A program made the translations under genes and the position numbers. This document shows, in pieces, positions 53,833 to 64,000 of a stretch of DNA of 64,000 nt (position 1 is the first letter of the stretch; every line of letters starts with the position of its first letter). Source of the DNA: Chiloscyllium plagiosum (lineage: Eukaryota); the NCBI RefSeq assembly GCF_004010195.1, contig NC_057718.1:11480406-11544405 (forward strand). The letters are read 5' to 3'. A model generated the notes under the pieces. It saw only the letters and a program-made list of their open reading frames with translations, was not told the DNA's origin and did not search any database.

Positions 53833-54582
53833 AATGAAGTACTGTAGGCTCTAAACAGGAGTTTATACAAAGTGTAACGTTGCTTCCTCTCCTTTGTATT
53901 CCTTCACTGACCCTGGCTGCCATTCACATTCCCTGAGAGTTGGATTTATGGACAAAGACCAAAACAAATAGGTGGACGATGCAAACCCTGCTCCCACATT
54001 TCCCAGAGCTGGTGGTCACCAAAGGGAAGGCTACAGGGTGACCTGTCGGTGGGTTGCTTGGGGTAAAATGTTAGATATTTTCATTTGACGTGCGGAGAAA
54101 TTTGAAACCAAGACCCTCAAAAAATAATAAATCGAAGGAGGAATTCAGGAGAAATATTGTCGCAGATTGTAATTAAAAGGTGGAACCCACAACCACCAGG
54201 GAGAGACAGTGGGGCCAATGGTGTCTAAGTTAGTGAAGGAATGAAATGGAATGGAATGGATATGTAGACTGGATTAAATGCAGCCAGGTGAAAATGCAGC
54301 AGCGTATAAGGACCAATGGGGACCTGTTTTTGTGTTTACTCTTTCACAGGATGTTGGCATCACCAGGCCAGTATTTATTGTGCATTCCTGTGTGCCCTGC
54401 AGACAGCGATAGTGAGTCCCGTTTTTGTTGCAGTCCATATGGTGTAGGGACAGCCCCAGAGCTAGACCCAAGGGGCCTACTGACCTCTTTCTGTATATTC
54501 GATGCATAGTAACTGCCTTCTGAGACAGAACTGGAGTGCAAAGGGAGGCCCGGGTCATCCAATGTCACTCGGTGGGTCTTAC

Positions 54583-54854
54583 CTGTCCAGGGGTGTTGCC
54601 GGTATGCCACAGGGCATTCCGCAGGTGCTCTCCACGGCCAGTGGTGGAGTTCACCACCTTCAGGGAGACTCCAGCATAACCGTGAGCTCGGGACGGCTTC
54701 TCTTCCCAGTAGGTCTGGGTGACCTGCTTCCACATCACCACGTAGAAGCGGCTGCTGGACTGGTAACCGAACACAAACCCAGCGTAGTCATCATCACGGT
54801 CCGTGTTGACGTAGAAGGTGCCACTGAAGTCGATAGCGTTGAACTCATCGAAAC
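54583..54854 (-). CDS. THBS2: Thrombospondin-2-like coding exon, 272 bp (C-terminal domain)
   Basis: ccacag|GT...CAG|gtaag; [90 protein letters not shown], containing the DDDYAGF and RFYVVMWK signatures. Confidence 0.96.
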
Positions 54855-55118
54855 CTGTGGATTAGCAAGAGACAGGTTTCCCCTCAGTGCATTCACAATC
54901 CAGGAGGCTACACGATCATCTCACGACAGCTCAACACTCTGCTCACTCACTCTCACACTATGGTCAGTGTTTATTACCCATTCCTTGTTACCTCCTGAAC
55001 TGCAACATCTCAGTATTGGTACTCCACAGCGTGGGGCAAAATTTAGGTTGTGGGGTGGGGTGGGGAATTTCTACTTGGCATTATGTCAGTGACTGCCCTA
55101 CCTATGTTAGAGACTTTA

Positions 55119-55490
55119 TACACACACACACACCATAGACAAAAACACACACCACAAACAAACACACACACACACCCACACCACAGACAAACACACACAT
55201 ATACGCACACACACACACCACAGACAAAAACACACACCACAAACACATACACACACCCAAACCACAGACAAAAACACACACATACACATACCACAAACAA
55301 ACACACACACCACAGACAAACACACACAAACACACACACACAGACACAGACAGACAAACACACACAGACTACACCACATACACAAACACAGACAAAATCA
55401 CACACACACTGACTCAAAAACACACACCACACACACAACTATAAACACCACACACACCACACACCCACATGAAAACACACCCACACAAAC
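55119..55490. repeat. Degenerate (CA)n microsatellite
   Basis: Composition. Confidence 0.9.
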
Positions 55491-56121
55491 CCTCAGGCTG
55501 GGCTGTAGTGGGAAGATAATTGATCAGAAACTATCAATCACATCTCACAACACAAGTGTAGTTCAGTGTAATGTGTTTACAGCAAAGGACAGTACCCAGG
55601 TGAATCACTGAGTTTAGGTGTCTGGGCGTTAGAGCTTCCGATAGCATGCTTACTACTCAACAGCAGGAAGTGGAGGGAGGGTGGGCGCGACTGGTGGTCA
55701 ATACAGTGCGAAGGTGGTGTTAGTAAATGGAACACAGCCCCAGGTCATTAAAAACGTTACAATGGTGCTTCCTGCATAAAGGGGAGAGTCTGGTAAGGGT
55801 GAAGGTGGGAGGGAGGGAGGGGTCAGGATAAAGACAGATGATGCCTCAGAAAATGCTCAGTAGGCCTTTCCTTTGGCGCTCATTGCTAATACAAACTTGG
55901 CAATTAGTGCTCAGCTCCATCAACTGCCTCATCAGAAGCATCGTTAAAAAGTGTTTGCACTCCACAGCCTTCATGTGCCTTGTGTGACTGATACTACACA
56001 GAATTCCACCCACCATGTGCTCCCCAGTCACCTTGGCACATACAAAGTGAATGAGACAGGCCTCAGGCCTCACCACCATGACAGGGTGGGCACCTCAGAC
56101 TGGCTCCTCAGTGCTGCTTAC

Positions 56122-56349
56122 CAACGGCTAGGCCAGGATCAGAGTTGGCTGTCTGCAGCAGCTCCTTGCCCTGGTTACGCACCACCCAGTTCGGATCGAT
56201 CTGTGTTGTCCCCTTCGGGTCAAGGTGAACCATCTGGAACTTCCTCAGGTCGGTCTGGCTAATGGCATTGTTCTCAGGACACACGTCAAAAATGTCTGGG
56301 ATGTTGTCGTTGTCGAAGTCATCCTTACACGCGTCTCCTCTGCCATCAC
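56122..56349 (-). CDS. THBS2: Thrombospondin-2-like coding exon, 228 bp (last type 3 repeat with RGD; start of C-terminal L-lectin-like domain)
   Basis: ggcag|GT...GTTG|gtaag; [78 protein letters not shown] codons at 56341-56333. Confidence 0.95.
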
Positions 56350-56727
56350 CTGCCAGGAACATTCAAAAGCGGTTAACTCCTGTAGCTCCCCCTCCAGAGC
56401 ACTGTGTTCGAGAAGAGGCAGAGGTACTGTTTTCACTACAGGACACTCAGCCCAGGGGACAGATTTTGGGGAATCAGCAAAGGAGCCAGTGGTTAGCTGA
56501 AAAAACTGGGCCAGATTTTCCAAGGAGTGACGACGGTGCTCCTGACACATTACATTCAGAAGGCACTCTGAGTTTCTGACAGGAGATTCAGGTCAGGGCT
56601 CCTTCAGAGAGGTGGAGCTCGACTCTAAATCTGACAGATCGCTCACTGTGCAGATCAGTCAGGGGAGGGTAAACCATGGACCATTGTGTCACATCACAGC
56701 ACTCAGTCACCACCTTCTGTTACTGAA

Positions 56728-57855
56728 CTCACTGAGATAAGTGATTTGGGTGTGAATATAGATGTATGGTTAGTCAGTTTGCAGATGACACCAAAATTGA
56801 AGGTGTAGTGGACAGTGAAGAAGGTTACCTCAGAGTACAACAGGATCTTGATCAGATGGGCCAATGCGCCAAGGGAGTGGCAGATGGAGTTTAATTTAGA
56901 TAAATGCAAGTTGCTGCATTTTGGAAAGACAAATCAGGGCAGGACTTATACACTCGATGGTAGGGTCCTGGGGAGTGTTGATGAACAAAAAGACCTTGGA
57001 GTGCAGGTTCATAGCTCCTTGAAAGTGGAGTCGCAGATAGATAGGATAGTGAAGGTGGTGTTTGGCATGCTTTCCTTTATTGGTCAGAGTGTTGAGTACA
57101 GGAGTTGGGAGGTCATTTTGCAGCTGTATAGGACACTGGTAAGACCATCTTTGAAATATTGCGTGTAATTCTAATCTCTCTGCTATAGGAAGGATGTTGT
57201 GAAACTTGAAAGGGCTCAGAAAAGATTTACAAGGATGTTGCCAGGGTTGGAGAGTTTGAGCTATAGGGAGAGGCTGGATAGGCTGGGGTTGTTTACCCTG
57301 GAGCGTCGGAGGCTGAGGGGTGACCTTATAGAGGTTTATAAAGTCATGAAGGGCATTGTAGGGTAAATAGCCAAGGTCTTTTCGCTGGGTTGAGGGAGTC
57401 CAAAACTAGAGGGCATAGGTTAAAGGTGAAAGGGAAAGATTTAAAAGGGATGTAAGGGGCAACTTTTTCACACAGAGGGTGGTATGTGTATGGAATGAGC
57501 TGCCAGAGGAAGTGGTGGAGGCTGGTACAATTGCAACATTTAGAGTCATAGAGTCATAGAGATGTACAGCATGGAAACAGACCCTTCGGTCCAACCCGTC
57601 CATGCCGATGAGATATCCCAACCCAATCTAGTCCCACCTGCCAGCACCCGGCCCATATCCCTCCAAACCCTTCCTATTCATATACCCATCCAAATGCCTC
57701 TTAAAAGGCATCTTGATGGGTATATGAATAGGAAGGGTTTGGAGGGATATGGGCCAGGTGCTGGCAGGTGGGACTAGATTAGGTTGGGATATCTTGTCGG
57801 CATGGACAGTTTGGACCGAAGGGTCTGTTTCAGTGCTGTACATCTCTATGACTCT
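56728..57855 (+). mobile_element. CR1 LINE 3' fragment interrupted by an antisense copy of the same family's 3' end (57542-57702)
   Basis: FADDTK...EWQMEFNLDKC...LYRTLVRP; internal ~155-bp inverted repeat. Confidence 0.9.
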
Positions 57856-58621
57856 AAATATCTAGCACCATAAACTGCCAACTTGACAGCCTCTGTGAAA
57901 GATTAAGTAAGTAAGGTAAGGGTGATGTTAGGGGACAAAGTGGGTAGGGGGCCCAGGGCACATAGTGGGTAATATGCCAGTGGATAAAAGGGCCAGGTCA
58001 GTGATAGACTGACCTGGAGTAGGTAGGAGTAGGCGGGAATATTATTGAAATGGTGATATACATCAAGTGTCGATGTATGAAAGGGTCTGGGTGTTCTTGT
58101 ATGCCAGTCATTGCAAGTGGGTAGGTAGGTACAGCAAACAAGTGGTATATTGGCCTTTATTGCAAGAGGATTTGAGTTCAGAAAGTCGGGAGGTCTCACT
58201 ACAGTTATACAGGACTTTGGGAAGTCTAGGACCAGGGAACATAGTCTGAAATTGCAGAGTACACCACTTAGATATGAGCTGAGGAAACATCTCTTCACTC
58301 AGCATGTAATCAGCCTGTGGAATTTGGTGCCACAAGTGGCTGTGGAGGGTGACTCACTGTGCATGTTCAAAAAAGGAATTGTTTAATTTTTACATATTAA
58401 AGACATTAAAGGATATGGGGAGAAAGCGGGAATATGGCGTTGAGATAGAAGATCAGCCATGACCATACTGATTGGCAGAGCAGACCTACAGGGCCAAATT
58501 GCCTACTCCTGCTCCTAGCTTCCCTGTTTCTACAGCATCAGCCCATTGACTGTCTTCCGCCACCACCATTCCTGAGACCATCACTGGGTCCATTAGTGGA
58601 TCGATAAAGAGGAACGCTCAC

Positions 58622-58856
58622 CATCAGCATCGAGTTGGTCAGGGTTGGGGACAAGGCGGCAGTTGTCCCTCCCATCAGGGATGCCATCATTGTCATCGTC
58701 AGGGTCACAGGCATCTCCTTGACCATCCTTGTCGTGGTCGGCCTGGTTGGAATTGGCGACGTATGGGCAGTTGTCCAGGTTGTTCTGGTGCCCATCTTCA
58801 TCGATATCCTGATTGTCATCACACTGGTCACCCACCAGGTCAGAATCAGAGTCTTC
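58622..58856 (-). CDS. THBS2: Thrombospondin-2-like coding exon, 235 bp (type 3 repeats)
   Basis: ctgcag|GAA...GATG|gtgag; [78 protein letters not shown](G). Confidence 0.95.
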
Positions 58857-60117
58857 CTGCAGGGCAACAGCACATGGAAGATCTTTATGACGCAAACAAG
58901 AAAGACTTGCATTTGTATAGTGCCCTTGACAACTTCAGAGTTGTCCCGGGGCACATTGCTGAGGTGCGGCCGCTGTTGCAACGTGTCAAATGTTTCACAG
59001 CAAATTCCATAAAAAGATTTAGCGACAAACACAGAAATTGCTGGAGAAACTCAGCAGGTCTGGCAGCATCTGCATAGAGAGAAAGCAGAGCTAACCTTTT
59101 GGGTCCGGTGACCCTTCTTCAGAACTGGTTTTAGGGATATTGGTTGAGGAATGTATATGGGCCAGAGCTCCCCTGCTCTTCTCCCGTCAGATCTTTTACT
59201 TCTGCCTGAGAAGGTGGGTCAGCTTAACAACTCGTCCATCATGACAGCATCCCTGTTCTTGCAGCAGCCCCTCAGATCAGCACAGGAGACTCAGCCTATG
59301 GAGACAGCCTGGCCCCGGGGCAGGAGAATACAAACCCCGTGACTTTCTGACTTAGACAGCAGTGTGCTGTCAGCTGAATGCAAGCGAGGAAGGAATCGGA
59401 GGGAGCGAAGGACACTGGGATAGCAGTAAAGTGGATTCACTGTCTTCGAGATGGGAGCATTGTTCATACCCCCCAGCAGCACACCCCACCCCCAAACATA
59501 CACTGTGAGCCCATCTTGAAATAGAAGACTGGAGTCAAGCGCTACATGTTCAGTGGTGGCATTGTGGTAATGTCACTGGACAAGTAATCCAGACCTGTGG
59601 GTAGAGCTCTGGTGACATGAGCAGAACTCCCAGCATGGTCGATAGTGAAATCTGAATTAAACTCTTTTTAAAATGACAGGCTCCTGTCAATTTTACTGTC
59701 GTAAAAATCCATCTGGTTCCTCCTTTAGGGAAGGAAATCTTCCATTCTTAGCTGGTCTGGCCTACATGTGACTCCAGACCCACACCGATGTAGTTGCCAC
59801 TTAACAGCCCTCTGAGACAGGTAATAAATGGTTGCCTAACCAGCGGAATTCACATGCCATGAATGACTAACTAAGTACCCAACAGAGCACAACCCAGCCA
59901 ATCAAGTGCTTTCTCAGGGTACCATCACCTGTGTAATGTCCAAAAAGCAGCAGCAAAATCCCACAGACAGCAAGGACCAAGCCTCATGACATGTTGAGGG
60001 AAAGCAGAGTGGGCACAACTCAGAATTACAGGTCAACCCTGTTAAGCACTGAAGAGAACTTAACTTGATTTCAGCCAAGTCATAGCTGATACCCATTACA
60101 CTGCCCACAACCATCAG

Positions 60118-62738
60118 ACTGCCAATGGACACCCCACTGCCAACAGACAACACCCTGCCAATGGACGCTCTCCTGCCATCACCACCTCCCTACCAACAGA
60201 CACCCCACTGCCAATGAACATCTCCCTGCCAATGGACACCGCACTGCCAAGGGACATCGCCCGCCAATGGACACCCCACTGCCAAGGGACATCCCCCTGC
60301 CAATGGACATCCCACTGCCAAGGGACATCCCCCTGCCAATGGACACCCCCCTGCCAATGGACACCCCCCTGCCAATGGACATCCCACTGCCAATGGATAC
60401 CCTCCTGCCAATAGACATCCCACTGCCAAGGGACATCCCCCTGCCAATGGACACCCTCCTGCCAATGGACACCCCACTGCCAATGGACATCCCACTGCCA
60501 ATGGACACCCCACTACCAATGGACATCCCACTGCCGATGGACACCCCACTACCAACGGACATCCCCCTGCTAATGGATACCCTCCTGCCAATGGACATCT
60601 CACTGCCAATGGACACCCCACTACCAACGGACATCCCCCTGCCAATGAACACCCCATTGCCAACGGACATCCCACTGCCAACGGATATCCCACTGCCAAT
60701 AGACATCCCACTGCCAATGGACATCCCACTGACAATGGACATCCCACTGCCAACGGACACCCCCCTGTCAATGGACAACCCCTGCCAATGGACATCCCAC
60801 TGCTAATGGACACCCCAGTGCCAACGTACACCCTCCTGACAATGGACATCCCAGTGCCAACGTACACCCTCCTGACAATGGACATCCCACTGCCAATGGA
60901 CACTTCCCCTGCCAATGGACACCCTACTGCCAATGGACATCCCACTGCCAATGGACACCCTCCTGCCAGCGAACATCCCACTGCCAATGGACACCCTCCT
61001 GCCAACAGACACCCTCCTGCCAACAGACACCCCCCTGTCAACGGACATCCCACTGCCAATGGATATCCCACTGCCAATAGACATCCCACTGCCAATAGAC
61101 ATCCCACTGCCAATAGACACTTCCCCTGCCAATGGACACCCTACTGCCAATGGACATCCCACTGCCAATGGACACCCTCCTGCCAGCGAACATCCCACTG
61201 CCAATGGACACCCTCCTGCCAACGGACATCCCACTGCCAATGGACATCCCACTGCCAATAGACATCCCACTGCCAATGGACATCCCACTGCCAACGGACA
61301 TCCCACTGCCAACGGACATCCCACTGCCAACGGACACCCCCCTGCCAATGGACAACCCCTGCCAATGGACATCCCACTGCTAATGGACACCCCAGTGCCA
61401 ACGTACACCCTCCTGACAATGGACATCCCACTGCCAATGGACACTTCCCCTGCCAATGGACACCCTACTGCCAATGGACATCCCACTGCCAATNNNNNNN
61501 NNNNNNNNNNNNNNNNNNNNNNNNNNNNNNNNNNNNNNNNNNNNNNNNNNNNNNNNNNNNNNNNNNNNNNNNNNNNNNNNNNNNNNNNNNNNNNNNNNNN
61601 NNNNNNNNNNNNNNNNNNNNNNNNNNNNNNNNNNNNNNNNNNNNNNNNNNNNNNNNNNNNNNNNNNNNNNNNNNNNNNNNNNNNNNNNNNNNNNNATGGA
61701 CATCCCACTGCCATGGAGACCCTCCTGCCAACGGACACCCCACTGCCAATGGACATCCCTCTGCCAACGGACATGCCCCTGCCAATGGACACGCCCTTGC
61801 CAATGGACACCCCACTGCCAAGGTACACCCCCCTGACAATGGACACCTCCTGACAATGGGCATCCCACTGCCATGGAGACCCTCCTGCCAACGGACACCC
61901 CACTGCCAATGGACATCCCTCTGCCAACGGACATGCCCCTGCCAATGGACACGCCCTTGCCAATGGACACCCCACTGCCAAGGTACACCCCCCTGACAAT
62001 GGACACCTCCTGACAATGGGCATCCCACTGCCATGGAGACCCTCCTGCCAACGGACACCCCACTGCCAATGGACATCCCTCTGCCAACGGACATGCCCCT
62101 GCCAATGGACACGCCCTTGCCAATGGACACCCCACTGCCAAGGTACACCCCCCTGACAATGGACACCTCCTGACAATGGGCATCCCACTGCCATGGAGAC
62201 CCTCCTGCCAACGGACACCCCACTGCCAATGGATACCCCACTGCCAAGGGACATCCCACTGCTAGTGGACACCCCAGTGCCAATGGACACCCCACTGTCA
62301 ATGGACACACCCCTGCCAATGGACACCCCACTGCCAATGGACACCCCACTGCTAACATACATCCCCCTGACAATGGACACTTCCTAACAATGGACACCCC
62401 ACTGCCAATGGACACCCCACTGCCATGGACACCCTCCTGCCAACACACATCCCACTGCCATGGAGACCCTCCTGCCAATGAACACCCCACTGCCAACAGA
62501 TACCCCACTGCCAATGGACATCCCACTGCCAATGGACATCCCACTGCTAGTGGACACCTCACTGACAATGGACACCCCACTGCCAATGGACACCCTCCTA
62601 CCAACAGACATCCCACTGCCAATGGACACCCCACTGCCAATGGACACCCCACTGCCAACGGACTTCCCACTGCCAATGGACACCCTCCTGCCATCACCAT
62701 CCCCATGTCAATAGACACCCTCCTACCAATGGACAGCC
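60118..62738. repeat. Intronic minisatellite, ~18-bp unit (CTGCCAATGGACAYCCCA), with a 160-bp higher-order repeat
   Basis: Tandem periodicity; identical 160-bp blocks start at 61701, 61861, 62021 and (partial) 62181; N gap at 61494-61695. Confidence 0.96.
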
Positions 62739-62752
62739 CCCTGCTAAGCTAG

Positions 62753-62957
62753 AGCTGAAAATGTGTTGCTGGAAAAGCGCAGCAGGTCAGGCAGGATCCA
62801 GGGAACAGGAGAATCGACGTTTCGGGCATAAGCCCTTCTTCAGGAATGAGGCCCGAAACGTCGATTCTCCTGTTCCCTGGATGCTGCCTGACCTGCTGCG
62901 CTTTTCCAGCAACACATTTTCAGCTCTGATCTCCAGCATCTGCAGTCCTCACTTTCT
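62753..62957. mobile_element. Fold-back Penelope-like mini-element (family A), intronic
   Basis: Near-perfect ~75-bp arms; minus-strand CTGAAGA-AGGGC-TTAT-GCCC-GAAAC-GTC at 62843-62816; TSD ccctgctaagctag at 62739-62752 and 62958-62971. Confidence 0.8.
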
Positions 62958-63000
62958 CCCTGCTAAGCTAGGCACAACAGCGGCATCTGTTACTTCTTAC

Positions 63001-63119
63001 CTGGTCGGGGTTATGCATAAGCGGACAATTATCACACATGTCTCCAACCCCATCCTGATCAGTGTCCCTCTGATCAGTGTTGTAAACAGAAGGGCAGTTG
63101 TCATTCTCATTCAGGATAT
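63001..63119 (-). CDS. THBS2: Thrombospondin-2-like coding exon, 119 bp (type 3 Ca-binding repeats); upstream exons lie beyond the window
   Basis: Not in the ORF track. AG acceptor at 63121-63120, GT donor at 63000-62999. Translates (x)[39 protein letters not shown] and joins in phase 0 to the next exon. Confidence 0.93.
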
Positions 63120-63458
63120 CTGTTGATATTGGAACAAATTAATTATAAGATAGCAATGATGGAACACGTCAACGTAATGATTAAATCAGCCTCAGGTTTT
63201 AATGTAACTTGATGCTCCAGGGAGAGAAAGCCCAATTTCTCAAATCTTCCCTTCGGTCTAAAATCCCTCATTCCTGGAGTCATTCCTGTAAATCTCCTTT
63301 GAATTCTCTCCTGGACTTTTAGATCTTTCATAAACAGGTGCCCTGAAGCGAACACACTACTTCAAGTGATGTCTGACCAATGATTTGTAGCGGTATAACA
63401 TTATTTCCTAAGAAACCAAGAAAGTTCTAACTGGGTTAGATTCAGCGGTGATTTTTTT

Positions 63459-63743
63459 TAGATTAGATTCCCTACAGTGTGAAAACAGGCCCTTCGGCCC
63501 AACAAGTCCACACCGACCTGCTGAAGAGTAACCCTCCCAGTCCCATTTCCCTCTGACTAATGCACCTAACACTATGGGCAATTTAGCATGGCCAATCCAC
63601 CTGACCTGCACATCTTTGGACTGTGGGAGGAAATCAGAGCACTGACAGGGAGAATGTGCAAACTCCACACTGACAGTCGCCCAAGGCTGGGACCTTGGTG
63701 TTGTGAGGCAACAGTGCTACCGACTGAGCCACAGTGCTACCCC
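63459..63743 (-). mobile_element. HE1-type SINE
   Basis: Reverse complement of the same consensus. Confidence 0.85.
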
Positions 63744-64000
63744 ATTGTATTGATGTATTCAAAATTATGAACTATTTTGACAGGGTAAAGAAGGATGTTA
63801 TGTTCTCACTAGTTGGTATGTCAGTAACTAAGGGTCATAATTTCAAAACTGTCAGCAATAGAGCTGGAGTGAGATGGGGAGTAACTTCTTTACTCAGAGA
63901 ATTGTTAGGATTTGACCACGTTGCACAGGAGAGTGGTGGAGGTTGAGGTTTCAAAAGAGAGCTGGCTATACATTTGAAAGGTGATGAGGGTTACGGAGAC

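Noticed and set aside
54502..55092. + strand ORFs opposite the THBS exons (also 58635-59077)
   Set aside because: Antisense shadows of real coding exons.
60179..62752. Multiple repetitive ORFs (MDTPLP / LAVGCP)
   Set aside because: Intronic 18-bp minisatellite with frequent 17/19-bp units.

Overview
Eukaryotic DNA, most likely shark (inferred from HE1-type V-SINEs and their partner CR1 LINEs); no prokaryotic features. The only solid protein-coding gene is the 3' part of a thrombospondin-2-like gene on the minus strand. It has seven coding exons (119, 235, 228, 272, 98 and 140 bp plus an 8-bp terminal coding piece) with GT-AG boundaries, splicing into an intact frame ending ...ECRDN*, followed by a ~2.2-kb 3'UTR. 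The rest is mostly repeats: four large minisatellite arrays (40, 22, 24 and 18-bp units), CA microsatellites, many CR1 fragments, a Rex1/Babar-like RT fragment and tRNA-derived SINEs. The most notable signal is a family of short fold-back Penelope-like elements that carry minimal hammerhead-ribozyme motifs and 14-16-bp target-site duplications, plus a nearby GIY-YIG endonuclease remnant. The long ORFs in the ORF track are tandem-repeat or LINE translations. There are four N gaps. Repeat boundaries are approximate and family names come from recalled consensus sequences, not database searches.
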